Positions 1 to 10,192 of a DNA stretch of 64,000 nt are shown here, in pieces (the first letter of the stretch is position 1; each line of letters starts with the position of its first letter). Source of the DNA: an uncultured delta proteobacterium (GTDB taxonomy: Bacteria > Desulfobacterota > Binatia > Binatales > Binataceae); NCBI GenBank assembly GCA_963794325.1, contig CAWCDG010000004.1, positions 1,088,001 to 1,152,000 on the forward strand. Reading direction: 5' to 3'. The position numbers and the translations under genes are program-made. The notes beneath the pieces were generated by a model. The model was not told the DNA's origin, did no database searches, and saw only the letters and a list, made by a program, of their open reading frames with translations.

Positions 1-483
1 GTAAAATTCGCGGGCAAGCAGGTAACGGTGGGCGTCGCGCATCTGCACAGTCGCTGTGCCCCTGCTGAACGTGCGCGCCAGATTGCGACTTACCTGGATT
101 CGTTCCCAGCCTCGGGGCGCGCGATCTTCGGTGGCGACTTGAATACGACAACCACGGAGCTGTTGAACCGCTCGATGATATTCGCGACCGCTCGGCAAAT
201 ATTCGCGGACCCTGACCGATTCCACGCGCCGCAGACGCGCGAGCCGCTGTTCGGTCATCTGCGCGAGGCCGGGCTCAAAATCGACGGCGTCAACGTTCCG
301 AATCGCCCGACCTTCACGTTCTCCGGACTGATTCCGCGACGCATGAGACCGAAACTCGACTGGCTCGCGGTCCGCGATCTTCATCCTGTTGCCGGGTCCG
401 CCGCCGTGCTCACGCCGCGGTCGCGAATCCTGATGCGGCGTGTCTCCGACCACGATTTCGTCACCGTCGATCTCGAACTGTAA
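1..483 (+). CDS. Endonuclease/exonuclease/phosphatase (EEP) family protein, 5'-partial
   Basis: Frame open from base 1; motifs HLHS, GGDLN, LDW and SDHD typical of the EEP fold. Confidence 0.8.
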   Translation, partial: VKFAGKQVTVGVAHLHSRCAPAERARQIATYLDSFPASGRAIFGGDLNTTTTELLNRSMIFATARQIFADPDRFHAPQTREPLFGHLREAGLKIDGVNVPNRPTFTFSGLIPRRMRPKLDWLAVRDLHPVAGSAAVLTPRSRILMRRVSDHDFVTVDLEL

Positions 484-562
484 CTTCCTCCGCACCGAAT
501 CCTTCCGCATCGCGATGTGACCTGACTAGAATTGCGCGGCTCGTCACGAGGAGGCGCACGCG

Positions 563-1660
563 ATGGCATCGTTCAACGGACTCGGCATGCACATGGGGAA
601 TCTCGCGATTCTGTCGAATGCGGAGAGCCGATCGATAAGTCCTGAGAATCCGACCGGCGAAAAAAGCAAGGGCGCGATGGCGACGCCGGATCCGGCCAGG
701 AGTCCGGCGCGAAAGCTGGGACGCGGGTGGAAAGTCGCGCCGTACGTCGTGATCGAGCCGGACGAAGTGAAAGTGATCGCCGATATTTCCGGCGCGGGAG
801 CGATCGAGCAAATCTGGATGACGCCGACGGGACCGTGGCGTTCGAGCATCCTGAGAATTTACTGGGACGACTCGCCGGAGCCGTCGGTGGAATGCCCGGT
901 CGGCGACTTCTTTGCGTGCGGATGGAACAAGTACGCGCAAGTCTCGTCGCTGGCGGTATGTGTGAATCCGGGCAGCGCGTTCAATTGCTATTGGGAAATG
1001 CCATTTCGCAAGCGATGCCTGATTACTATGACCAATACTGCCGAGACGGCGATGATACTATTCTACCAAATCAACTATATACTCACTGAAGTACCTACTG
1101 ATGCTGCTTACTTTCATGCTCAGTTCCGGCGCGTGAATCCTTTGCCGTACAAAGAGGTGTACACAATTGTCGATGGAATAACCGGGCGCGGGCAATACGT
1201 CGGAACGTACATGGCGTGGGGAGTTCATAACAGCGGATGGTGGGGCGAGGGCGAGATAAAGTTTTTCATGGACGGCGACGCCGAATTTCCGACAATCTGC
1301 GGCACCGGCACCGAAGACTATTTTTGCGGCTCGTACAATTTCGATGTGGGCAAGGAAAACGGCGGCTATCGCGAGTTCACGACGCCCTACGCGGGGTTGC
1401 CGCAAGTCATTCGGCCAGACGGGCTATACGCATCGCAGCAAAGATTCGGAATGTACCGCTGGCATATCGCTGATCCGATCAGATTCACGCGCGACCTGCG
1501 GGTGACTATCCAGGCGCTTGGATGGATGGGCGATCCGCGAAAGGGCGCGGAGTTCCTGCCGTTGCAAGACGACATCGCGTCGGTAGCGTACTGGTACCAG
1601 ACTTTGCCGTCGGCGAAATTCCCGCCGCTGCCGTCTCCTGACTATTTGCGGATCGTGTAG
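563..1660 (+). CDS. DUF2961 / glycoside hydrolase family 172 protein
   Basis: RSISPENPTGEK, WWGEGEIKFFMDGD, CGTGTEDYF and YRWHIADPIRF motifs; GAGGAGG RBS. Confidence 0.85.
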   Translation: MASFNGLGMHMGNLAILSNAESRSISPENPTGEKSKGAMATPDPARSPARKLGRGWKVAPYVVIEPDEVKVIADISGAGAIEQIWMTPTGPWRSSILRIYWDDSPEPSVECPVGDFFACGWNKYAQVSSLAVCVNPGSAFNCYWEMPFRKRCLITMTNTAETAMILFYQINYILTEVPTDAAYFHAQFRRVNPLPYKEVYTIVDGITGRGQYVGTYMAWGVHNSGWWGEGEIKFFMDGDAEFPTICGTGTEDYFCGSYNFDVGKENGGYREFTTPYAGLPQVIRPDGLYASQQRFGMYRWHIADPIRFTRDLRVTIQALGWMGDPRKGAEFLPLQDDIASVAYWYQTLPSAKFPPLPSPDYLRIV

Positions 1661-3083
1661 CTACACAATCTCGGGTGGAGGTGGGAGCGCGCCGCGCGCC
1701 CGTTCGTAGGCGGCGGCCACGCGGATCACTTCCTGTTCTCCGAACGGACGGCCGATTATCTGCATCGCAATAGGCAGTCCATCCGGCGACAGGCTAGTGG
1801 GAATAGCTATTGCGGGTTGGCCGGTAGTATTGAATGGCTGGGTGAAGCGCAGGATCTCGGCGACAAGATCGACGCGGTCTTCGCGCGCTTCCAGGATGTG
1901 CGTATTGCCGATTGTCGGCGCGACGATTGCGCTCGCAGGTGCGACCAGCACGTCGTGATCGGCGAGCACCGCGATCGACTCGGCGAGGGTGCGGGCGCGA
2001 GCGCGTTGTGCGCGGATGTAGCTGGTAGCGGGGGTCATCATGCTAATTTCGAGGATGCGGCGGACGTCGTCGCCGTAGTCTTGCGGCCGCGTGCGCATCC
2101 ACTCTTCGTGAATCTCCAGCGCTTCGGCCCAGGTTATTATTCCGTTCATGACGCCGGCCATCGGCAGCGACGGAATAGTCACTTGCTCGACGGTGGCGCC
2201 GAGCGATCGCAGAGTATCGAGCGCATTGTTGAACGATCGCGCGACGTCGTCGCTCAGGCCGTCGTTGAGTTCGCGAATCACGCCGATGCGCATGCCGGAG
2301 ATTTCGCTCTCGAGGCCGGCGGAGAAATCGGGCACGCGCTCGCGGCTCGAGGTGGAATCGTTGCGATCTGCGCCCGCGATTACTTGCAGCATCATCGCGG
2401 CGTCGCGAACGGTGCGCGTGATCGGGCCGACGTGATCGAGTGTGTACGCCAGCGGCAAAACCCCGAAACGGCTGACGCGGCTCCAGGTCGGTTTCAAGCC
2501 CGACGCATCCGCAGAGTGCGGCGGGTATTCGTATCGAGCCGCCGGTGTCGGTGCCGATGGTGGCGGCGGCGCTCCGTGCGACGATCGCAGCGGCCGAGCC
2601 GCCACTGGAGCCGCCGGGAATTCGGTCGAGCGCGTACGGATTGCGCACGATTCCGTGATGCGGATTGGAAGACGTGATGCCGTAAGCAAACTCGTGCAGG
2701 TTGAGTTTGCCGAGCAGCACGGCGCCAGCGCGATTGAGCCGCGTCCAGACGGTCGCATCGCGATCGGGTATGAAGTCGGCGAGGATCTTCGAACCGCCGG
2801 TGGTGCGAATGCCCTTGGTGTACACCAGATCCTTCAGCGCAATCGGAACGCCGTGAAATGGACCGCGCCATTTGCCGGCGGCGATTTCGGCCTCAGCTTT
2901 CTTCGCAGCCTTGCGAGCCATCGAATCCGTCACGGTGATGTAGGCGCGCAGCGATCGATCAGTCTGTTCGATTCGGCCGAGGTACGCCTCGGTCAACTCG
3001 ACCGGCGAGATTTCGCGCGCGCGTATCTTGACGGACAGCGCGGCGACGTCAAAGTCGAGTAGTTCCTGAAATGGAATCGACAT
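1661..3083 (-). pseudogene. Amidase-signature (GatA-like) amidase, split by a +1 frameshift at ~2499-2501 (real or sequencing error)
   Basis: ORF 2043-3083 has GVPIALKD, GGSSGGS and GTDTGGSIRIPA; it continues as GLKPTWSRVSRFG in ORF 1661-2758 if one G is removed. Confidence 0.85.
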
Positions 3084-3119
3084 GGGAGTGCGTCCTCGGA
3101 GTGAGTAATGAAGTGAGTA

Positions 3120-3338
3120 TTACGGCTTCGACCTGGCGGCGCGGGTCGCTTCGGCCAGCATGACCGGGTACCCGAAGGGCGGCTCGATCCCGGTGATACC
3201 GATTGACGCGAAGTAGCCGGCCAGTGTGAACCTCGCGCCGGCGACGCGCGCAATCGAGTGCGCGTCGGCGTCGGAGACTTCGTAACCGTAGAGATCGCGC
3301 AGCACCTGTTTGACGGTTTCGCCGGTAACCAGTGGCAT
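3120..3338 (-). CDS. Small 72-aa protein upstream of the amidase (possible partner subunit)
   Basis: GGAGA RBS before ATG at 3338; co-oriented with the amidase. Confidence 0.6.
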   Translation of the reverse strand: MPLVTGETVKQVLRDLYGYEVSDADAHSIARVAGARFTLAGYFASIGITGIEPPFGYPVMLAEATRAARSKP

Positions 3339-3357
3339 GGTGTTTCTCCGATTAGGA

Positions 3358-3921
3358 CTATTCAAGTTTGCGCGCTGATTCGATTATCAAGTCGCATACG
3401 CGGCGCGCGTCTTCAAGCGCGAGCAGACGGTAGCACTCGGGCCATCCGATCCAGTCCGGAGGGACGGAAGGGTTCGTGAACGGCAGGTAGCTCGGTTGAA
3501 CCATCTTCTCGCTACGATCGCGCAGTTCGATGTGGCGATGGACGCGCTTTACGCGCAGTTGCGGAGTGTTCAAGCGGTCGAGCAAAACGCCGACCACCTT
3601 CGGCTCCCGCAGTCCTGAGACGATGATGACGCGTTGATTGGTGACGCCGTAAAACGTGTTCGACAGATAGGTGTGGAACACGATCGCTTCGGCGATCAGA
3701 ATGCATACCAGTACTGCAAGCAGAATCGAATTGAGGTCGGCACGTTCGGCGAGACTGGAATCGAGCGGCAACGAACGCATCACAAGAGCGGCGATTCCGA
3801 CCAGGACGATGACTCCGGCGCGCAATCGAAGCGCGGTTGTATCATGCGGGCGTCCGCACCAGAGGAGTTCCTCGCGCACCAGCAGATGCGGCGTGATGAC
3901 GGCGCCCGCCTCAGGATCCAT
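3358..3921 (-). CDS. Hypothetical membrane protein (2 TM plus bacterial PH-like domain)
   Basis: EELLWCGRP motif, two hydrophobic helices, YGVTNQRVIIV. Confidence 0.65.
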   Translation of the reverse strand: MDPEAGAVITPHLLVREELLWCGRPHDTTALRLRAGVIVLVGIAALVMRSLPLDSSLAERADLNSILLAVLVCILIAEAIVFHTYLSNTFYGVTNQRVIIVSGLREPKVVGVLLDRLNTPQLRVKRVHRHIELRDRSEKMVQPSYLPFTNPSVPPDWIGWPECYRLLALEDARRVCDLIIESARKLE

Positions 3922-3924
3922 CGA

Positions 3925-6240
3925 TCACTTGACGATGCCCGCGGCGCGTAGCGTGGCGATTCGGTCGGTCGAGTAGCCGAGGTAGTCGCGGAGGATCTCG
4001 TCAGTATGCTCGCCAAGCATCGGCGCGGCTCGATCGATCGTGCCGGGAGTCGCGAACAACTTCGTCAGCATTCCAGTCTGCCGCACGCGCCCCCACACTG
4101 AATGAGACAACTCGGCTATGAGGTCGTTCGCGGCGACCTGCGGATCGTCGAACAATTCGCGGGTGTGATTTACACGGGTAGCAGGTATGCGGGCATCCTT
4201 TAGCGCTGCGAGGGTATCTTCGCGATCTAGCTTCGCGAATTGTTCCGCAAGCGATTCCGCGAGCCCACCCTCGTTCGGCTCCGTAACAGCCGTCTCCCAG
4301 TTGGCACTGGGCAGTCCGGGCAGAATAGTCAGTAGTGCTTTCAACTGAGGTTCGTCGGATACTGAGATGAATAGCCATTCGTTGTCGCGACATTGATAGG
4401 CGCGCGAGAGAGCAGACCGTCCGCGATTCTCCGCGGCGCCATTTTCCATGTTGGGCCGGCCCGGATAGAAGGCGAACTCACCGGCCTGAAACGCCATCGC
4501 GGATTGTAACAACGAGGTCTCGCAGAACTGCCCGCGCCCGGTGAGCTCGCGTGCCCGCATCGCGAGCACGCATCCGAATGCGGACAGCATCGCAGCGCCG
4601 TAATCACAAATTGCGCAAGTGAGGTACACAGGATGCCCGTGATGACCGCCCTGCGCCGCCATCACGCCCGACCGCGCCTGCAGCAGCGGATCGAAACCGG
4701 GCTGATTGTGATCGGGCCCGCGATTCCCGAACGCATTGACCGACATATAGATGATGCGCGGATTGCGCGGCGCGAGGCTTTCGTAATCGAAGCCGAACTT
4801 GCGCATCCGTCCCGGCCGCAGATTCTCCACGACGATATCGGCCTTGTCCGCGAGTCCATGAATAATTTCGCGCCCCTTGTCGGTCGCAAGATTGAGCGAG
4901 ATTCCGCGCTTGCCCTGGTTCCAGCCGAGAAAGCCGAAACCAAAATGGCGGAACGAGTCGCCCTCGAGGCTCTCGATCTTGATAACTGTGGCGCCGAGCT
5001 GCGCGAGGATCATCGGCCCGTACGAACCCGCGATGTAACTGGCGAAGTCGAGTACCGTGACGCCATCGAGTGGAGGTCTTTTTTCAGTGATATGCACCTC
5101 CGTTTTCAGCGGAGTGCGTTTTGGCTCTGCAAGCCATTCCAGCGCTGCGCGATCGTCGCCGATTCTCGGAGCCGCCCCGACGATTTCGCCGGGAGTGTCG
5201 TTGAGGAAGACCGGCAGACCCATCTGAATCATGCGGCCAAGAGTGGGATCGTCGATTTCATGGCGCATCCCGAGCGCGCGCGTCTGTGGGTGATCGATGA
5301 ACTCCTGGCGCGACATCACCGGCGCGCACGGAACGTCGGACTCGCGCAGTATGCTCAGCCATTCATCGCGCGGCCGCGTGCGAATGATCGGCTCTACGAT
5401 GTCCTTGAGCGGCTGCCAGTGCTCTTGCGCGATTCCCCACGGCGCATTTTCGAAACGCGGATCGCCGACCAGGTCGGGACGCTCGATCGCGATCGCGAAC
5501 TTACCCCAGAAGGTCGAGTTACCGCACGCGGCGAACAGGTATTTGCCGTCGGCGGCCTCGAACAGTCGATAAACCGGAATCGGACCGAGCGGATCCTGCG
5601 GACCGTGATAGAGCGTCGTCATTTTTTCGTGACGCAGAATTCCGCCGGTATGCAGCGAAAAGGCGCCGGCCAGAAGCGAGACCTCGACCGCTTGCCCTGT
5701 CCCATTCGCGCCGCGCGCGAGAATCGCCGCGACCGCCGCCGTCGCCGCCATCACGCCGGCCGAATAACTCGCCGCCGGAAATACCAGCGCAACAGGATTC
5801 CCGCTGCGCGCCCACTGGCTCCCGGTGATTCCGCCGCGGGCCGCGACCAGATCGTCGTTGGCGTCGAAGTCTGCGTCAGGACCGCGGCTTCCCAGTGCAG
5901 GCACGCCGAGCGCGATCGCGCGCGGATTTATCCGCCGAACCGATTCGCAATCGAGATTCAGTTGTCTCAGCCGGGCCGGCGTGAATCCGGTTACGACGAC
6001 GTCAGCCCATCGAATCAGTTCCGCGACGCGCCCCTTCGACGCGGGATCGTCGAGATCAAGTTCGAGCATGCGCTTGCTGCGATTAAGGACGTGGAAGTGC
6101 GGCGTGCCGCGCTCGCGCGAGCCGCCGCGAGGCTCTATCTTGATAGCGTGCGCGCCGTTTTCCGCCAGCAGCATCGTGGCGTAGGCGGCGCCCATGTTTG
6201 AATCGAATTCAACGATGTTGATTCCGTCGAGTGCTTTCAT
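3925..6240 (-). CDS. Tandem double-domain class III CoA transferase (CaiB/BaiF)
   Basis: Two repeats starting ALDGINIVEF and PLDGVTVLDF, with NRSKR and NQGKR; C-terminal APMLGEHT. Confidence 0.9.
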   Translation of the reverse strand: MKALDGINIVEFDSNMGAAYATMLLAENGAHAIKIEPRGGSRERGTPHFHVLNRSKRMLELDLDDPASKGRVAELIRWADVVVTGFTPARLRQLNLDCESVRRINPRAIALGVPALGSRGPDADFDANDDLVAARGGITGSQWARSGNPVALVFPAASYSAGVMAATAAVAAILARGANGTGQAVEVSLLAGAFSLHTGGILRHEKMTTLYHGPQDPLGPIPVYRLFEAADGKYLFAACGNSTFWGKFAIAIERPDLVGDPRFENAPWGIAQEHWQPLKDIVEPIIRTRPRDEWLSILRESDVPCAPVMSRQEFIDHPQTRALGMRHEIDDPTLGRMIQMGLPVFLNDTPGEIVGAAPRIGDDRAALEWLAEPKRTPLKTEVHITEKRPPLDGVTVLDFASYIAGSYGPMILAQLGATVIKIESLEGDSFRHFGFGFLGWNQGKRGISLNLATDKGREIIHGLADKADIVVENLRPGRMRKFGFDYESLAPRNPRIIYMSVNAFGNRGPDHNQPGFDPLLQARSGVMAAQGGHHGHPVYLTCAICDYGAAMLSAFGCVLAMRARELTGRGQFCETSLLQSAMAFQAGEFAFYPGRPNMENGAAENRGRSALSRAYQCRDNEWLFISVSDEPQLKALLTILPGLPSANWETAVTEPNEGGLAESLAEQFAKLDREDTLAALKDARIPATRVNHTRELFDDPQVAANDLIAELSHSVWGRVRQTGMLTKLFATPGTIDRAAPMLGEHTDEILRDYLGYSTDRIATLRAAGIVK

Positions 6241-6242
6241 TC

Positions 6243-6300
6243 AAGAACCTAACCCCTAACCCCTTTTTTCGTTCCTCGAGGGAAGGGGAACAATCGCGGA
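6243..6300. repeat. REP-like family B copy (AACCTAACCCCTAACCCCTT...GGGAAGGGGAAC)
   Basis: Near-identical to the reverse complement of 54971-55019, with a short T-rich insertion. Confidence 0.85.
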
Positions 6301-6403
6301 GGTTTTGGCTTTGCGATTTGAATTGTCGTTGAGCTTGGGCGAGAAAAGCAAACGATTGCGCCAAAGCGCGGTTATCCACGGGAATCGCGGTCCACGCGGA
6401 CGA

Positions 6404-6458
6404 ATTCAAACCGCGGACACGCCGGGTTCATCCTCTGTTAATGTACAGTGCATAGCTT
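6404..6458 (+). promoter_or_regulatory. Putative Pho box array (11-bp direct repeats)
   Basis: GTTCAT (6426), GTTAAT (6437) and GTGCAT (6448) at exact 11-bp phase, weaker units at 6404 and 6415; directly upstream of pstS. Confidence 0.6.
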
Positions 6459-6518
6459 CTGCGCGCCGCACACTCACTCGCGGAAGGGACCCGACTAACT
6501 TCGAGGAAAATTCAAAAG

Positions 6519-7550
6519 ATGCTCAAACGACGACTAATCCTGGCCCTTTTCATAATTCTTGCGATTGCAGGAATCGGCAGCTCCGGATTCGCCGACATGC
6601 TGGTCAACGGCGCCGGCGCCACCTTCCCATACCCGATCTATTCCAAGTGGTTCGACGTTTACGCGAAAGAAAATCCGGGCGTCAAGTTCAACTACCAATC
6701 GATCGGTTCGGGCGGCGGGATCAGGATGCTCTCGAATCGCACTGTCGATCTCGGGGCGAGCGACGCGCCGATGACCGATCAGCAGCTCGCTGATGCGCCT
6801 GGAAAAATTCTGCACTTCCCCAGCGTGATGGGCGCCGACGTGATCGCCTACAATCTGCCGGGGTTTACCGGCACGCTACGCCTGACCGGCCCGGTCATTG
6901 CCGATATCTATGAGGCCAAAATCACCAAGTGGGATGACGAACAGATCAAAGCGTTGAATCCGGGTGTGGCGATCCCGTCGCAAGACATCGTCGTATGCCA
7001 CCGTTCTGATGGCAGCGGCACGACCTACATATTCGTCGATTACCTGTCGAAGGTCAGCCCGAGCTGGGCGTCCGATGTAGGTAAAGGAACTTCGGTCAAG
7101 TGGCCAACCGGGCTCGGCGGCAAGGGCAACGAAGGCGTGACGGCACTGGTGCAGCAGACGCCGGGAGCGATCGGATACGTCGAGTTGATCTATGCGCTCA
7201 ACAACAAAATCCCGTTCGCGCAGATTCAGAACAAGGCGGGCAACTGGGTGACCCCGAGCCTGGCGGGAGTGACCGCTGCGGCGGCGTCGGTAGCGGGTAA
7301 TATGCCGGCCGACTTCCGCGTGTCGATTACCAACGCTCCCGGTGCGGACGCGTATCCGATTTCGTCGTTCACCTGGCTGCTCGTTTACCAGAAACAGACC
7401 AACAAGGAGGTCGGCGAGCAGATCAAGAAGTTCCTGAGCTGGGCGCTGACCGAGGGCCAGACGCTGGCGCCGTCGCTGCAATACGCGCCGCTTCCGGCCG
7501 AAGTCGTGCAAAAGGAGACCGCGCAGATTCAGCAGATCCAGCTTCCCTAG
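6519..7550 (+). CDS. pstS: Phosphate ABC transporter substrate-binding protein
   Basis: Signal peptide; GAGATFPYPIY, YQSIGSGGG, RSDGSGTT, GGKGNEGV. Confidence 0.95.
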   Translation: MLKRRLILALFIILAIAGIGSSGFADMLVNGAGATFPYPIYSKWFDVYAKENPGVKFNYQSIGSGGGIRMLSNRTVDLGASDAPMTDQQLADAPGKILHFPSVMGADVIAYNLPGFTGTLRLTGPVIADIYEAKITKWDDEQIKALNPGVAIPSQDIVVCHRSDGSGTTYIFVDYLSKVSPSWASDVGKGTSVKWPTGLGGKGNEGVTALVQQTPGAIGYVELIYALNNKIPFAQIQNKAGNWVTPSLAGVTAAAASVAGNMPADFRVSITNAPGADAYPISSFTWLLVYQKQTNKEVGEQIKKFLSWALTEGQTLAPSLQYAPLPAEVVQKETAQIQQIQLP

Positions 7551-7573
7551 CGCGATAATCGCAAGTTCAAAGA

Positions 7574-7613
7574 GGCGCGGGCGTCGGAGATGGGCGCCCG
7601 CGCTTTTTCTTTT
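7574..7613 (+). terminator. Intrinsic terminator after pstS
   Basis: GCGCGGGCGTC..GGCGCCCGCGC hairpin followed by TTTTTCTTTT. Confidence 0.75.
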
Positions 7614-7643
7614 CGTAGCGCGCTTCGGGTATGGTCGATAACT

Positions 7644-8096
7644 ATGCTCCGACGAATGCAAGCATTGGTTATCGCGATCATCGCGATCGTCGCCACCTGC
7701 GGCGCCGCACACGCGCAGAATTACGTGATCGATCAGGGCACCAGCGATGCGCTCACGCGGTATCTCCACCAGAGTGAGCTGCCGATGGTCACTGCGGAGT
7801 TCTCGACGTCGCCGGGCGGCAGCAAGCAATTGATACTTACCGGATTCGTCGCGACGCAGTTTGGCCGCAACGACGCGGAACGAATTGCGACCGCGTACTT
7901 GAACGATCCGAGCGTCAATATGGTCGACCAGATCCTGCTCGATCCGCACGTCGAGGAAATGCGCGGAGCGGCGCAAGGTTCGGCGGCGGGTGCGCAATCG
8001 CCCAACAGTCCGGATCAAGTGTGGAACAAGACGATGCAGGGCATCTACCGCAATGGCGGTCAGACCCCGTCTGGCAGCGGGCCGATGCTGCCTTAG
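7644..8096 (+). CDS. Secreted hypothetical protein (BON-like)
   Basis: Signal peptide ending AAHA-Q; LILTGFV...AERIA...VDQI resembles a BON domain. Confidence 0.55.
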   Translation: MLRRMQALVIAIIAIVATCGAAHAQNYVIDQGTSDALTRYLHQSELPMVTAEFSTSPGGSKQLILTGFVATQFGRNDAERIATAYLNDPSVNMVDQILLDPHVEEMRGAAQGSAAGAQSPNSPDQVWNKTMQGIYRNGGQTPSGSGPMLP

Positions 8097-8143
8097 GCGG
8101 CATCGCAACTTGCGGCGCGCGGCGTGGTAGGATCACGCTTGCC

Positions 8144-10144
8144 GTGGCCGACAAGGTAATTTACCTGCGCGAAAAGCCGGCAGCGCCGGCCGACGAGCGC
8201 AACTTCAAAATCAAGTATGCCGAGCTGCTGAATCCCGCTCAGCTCGCCGCCGTGACCCATCGCGACGGTCCGCTGCTGGTCGTCGCGGGTGCGGGATCGG
8301 GCAAGACTCGCACGCTGATTTATCGGGTCGCGCGGCTTATCGAGAGCGGCGTTCCACCGGGCGCGATCCTGCTGCTGACGTTCACCCGCCGCGCCGCGCA
8401 GGAGATGTTGCGCCGCGCCGAGCAGCTCGTCGGTGATCGCGCGGGCGCGGTTGCGGGCGGCACGTTCCACTCATTTGCCAACAACGTCCTGCGGCGGCAT
8501 GGCGCGCCGATGGGACTCAAGCCCAACTTCACGATTCTCGATCGCTCCGACATGGAGGACGTCGTCAATCTGCTGCGCTCGCGGATGGGCCTCGCGTCAC
8601 GCGAGCGCCGGTTCCCGAAGAAGAGCACGATTGCCGAGGCGATCAGCATGGCGCGCAACAAGCGCCGCTCGCTCGAAGAGGAAATCGAGCTGGATTTCCC
8701 GCATCTCACGGAGCATCAAACCGAACTGCTCGAACTCGCAAAGAACTATGAGGCCTACAAGCGCGAGCGCGCCCTCCTCGACTACGACGACCTGCTGTAT
8801 CGGCTCGCCGAGCTGCTCGAACAGTACGAAAACGTGCGGCGCCGGCTGTCGGACAGCTATCGCTACATCATGATCGACGAGTACCAGGACACCAACTTGA
8901 TTCAGGCCGACCTGGTGCGCCTGCTCGCGATGAACCATCGCAACGTGATGGCGGTGGGCGACGATGCGCAATCGATCTATTCGTTTCGCGGCGCCAACTT
9001 CCGCAACATCATGGACTTCCCCACGATTTTTTCCGGCGCGAAGGTCGTGAAGCTCGAGCAGAACTACCGATCGATCCAGGGCATCCTCGACGTGGCCAAC
9101 GACGTGATTTCACGCGCCGGCGAAAAATACACCAAGGCGCTGTTCACCGAACGCGAGGGCGGCTTTCGTCCGTTCCTGGTCCGCGCGCAGGACGAACATA
9201 TGCAGTCGCGATTCGTCGCGCAGCGCATCCTCGAGTTGCGCGAGGAGGGCGTCGAGCTGAGCGAGATCGCAGTGCTGTTTCGATCGAGCTTTCACTCCTT
9301 CGATCTCGAACTCGAACTGCAGCGCCGCGACATCCCGTTCATCAAGCGCGGCGGATTCAAGTTTATCGAGACCGCGCACATCAAGGACGTGCTGGCACAT
9401 CTGCGGGTGATCGCGAATCCACAGGACGCCGTTTCGTGGCTGCGCGTGCTGACGCTGGTCAAGGGCATCGGCCATCGCACGGCCGAACGGACGATCGATA
9501 CGCTGGTCGCGACAGATGATCCAGCGGCGGCGATCGCGAAATTTGCTGAAAAGGCGCGTGGCGGCTCTGAGGGCGGCCTCAAACGGCTTGGCACGCTGCT
9601 GGCGGAGTTACGCAGCGGCGAAAAACGTCCGCCTGAGCAAATCGCGATGACGCTCGAATACTATCTGCCCGTGATGCGCGAGGCGTACGCCGACGATTAC
9701 CCCAAGCGCGAGCGCGACCTCGAGCATTTTCAGAACATTACGGAGCGCTACAAGAGTCTCGAGCAGATGCTGGCCGACATGGCGCTTGAGCCGCCCAGCG
9801 ATTCGCTCGACGGCGTGCTCGCAGCCGATTCGGAAGACGAACGCATGACGCTCACGACGATTCATTCCGCCAAGGGACTCGAATGGAAAGTCGTCTTCCT
9901 GATCTGGGCAGCCGACGGACGGTTCCCGGGACCGCAAAGCGTCGGCGACGACGAAATCGAGGAAGAGCGGCGCCTGATGTACGTCGCGAGCACGCGCGCG
10001 CGCGACGAGCTGTACCTGTCCTATCCAATATATATGTTCGACCGCAGCTTCGGTTACGTGATGGGCCGCGTATCGCGATTCCTCGAAGACGTTCCGGCAG
10101 AGCTACTGCAGACCGCTACGCTTCAGGAATCTGAAGAGTCATAA
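8144..10144 (+). CDS. UvrD/PcrA family ATP-dependent DNA helicase
   Basis: LNPAQ, AGAGSGKT, IDEYQD, VGDDAQSIYSFRGA, TIHSAKGLEW, EEERRLMYVA; GTG start at 8144 chosen. Confidence 0.93.
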   Translation: MADKVIYLREKPAAPADERNFKIKYAELLNPAQLAAVTHRDGPLLVVAGAGSGKTRTLIYRVARLIESGVPPGAILLLTFTRRAAQEMLRRAEQLVGDRAGAVAGGTFHSFANNVLRRHGAPMGLKPNFTILDRSDMEDVVNLLRSRMGLASRERRFPKKSTIAEAISMARNKRRSLEEEIELDFPHLTEHQTELLELAKNYEAYKRERALLDYDDLLYRLAELLEQYENVRRRLSDSYRYIMIDEYQDTNLIQADLVRLLAMNHRNVMAVGDDAQSIYSFRGANFRNIMDFPTIFSGAKVVKLEQNYRSIQGILDVANDVISRAGEKYTKALFTEREGGFRPFLVRAQDEHMQSRFVAQRILELREEGVELSEIAVLFRSSFHSFDLELELQRRDIPFIKRGGFKFIETAHIKDVLAHLRVIANPQDAVSWLRVLTLVKGIGHRTAERTIDTLVATDDPAAAIAKFAEKARGGSEGGLKRLGTLLAELRSGEKRPPEQIAMTLEYYLPVMREAYADDYPKRERDLEHFQNITERYKSLEQMLADMALEPPSDSLDGVLAADSEDERMTLTTIHSAKGLEWKVVFLIWAADGRFPGPQSVGDDEIEEERRLMYVASTRARDELYLSYPIYMFDRSFGYVMGRVSRFLEDVPAELLQTATLQESEES

Positions 10145-10192
10145 GTGAGCGAAACCCCATAGCTGATGATGCTCTGCATCATGCATGAGGCC

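Noticed and set aside
4633-6201. Long antisense ORFs (also 52283-54070, 51055-52437, 17509-18780 and others)
   Set aside because: Shadow frames of real genes in high-GC DNA, with no motifs
6372-6380. DnaA box-like TTATCCACG
   Set aside because: Single 8/9 match with no cluster or origin context
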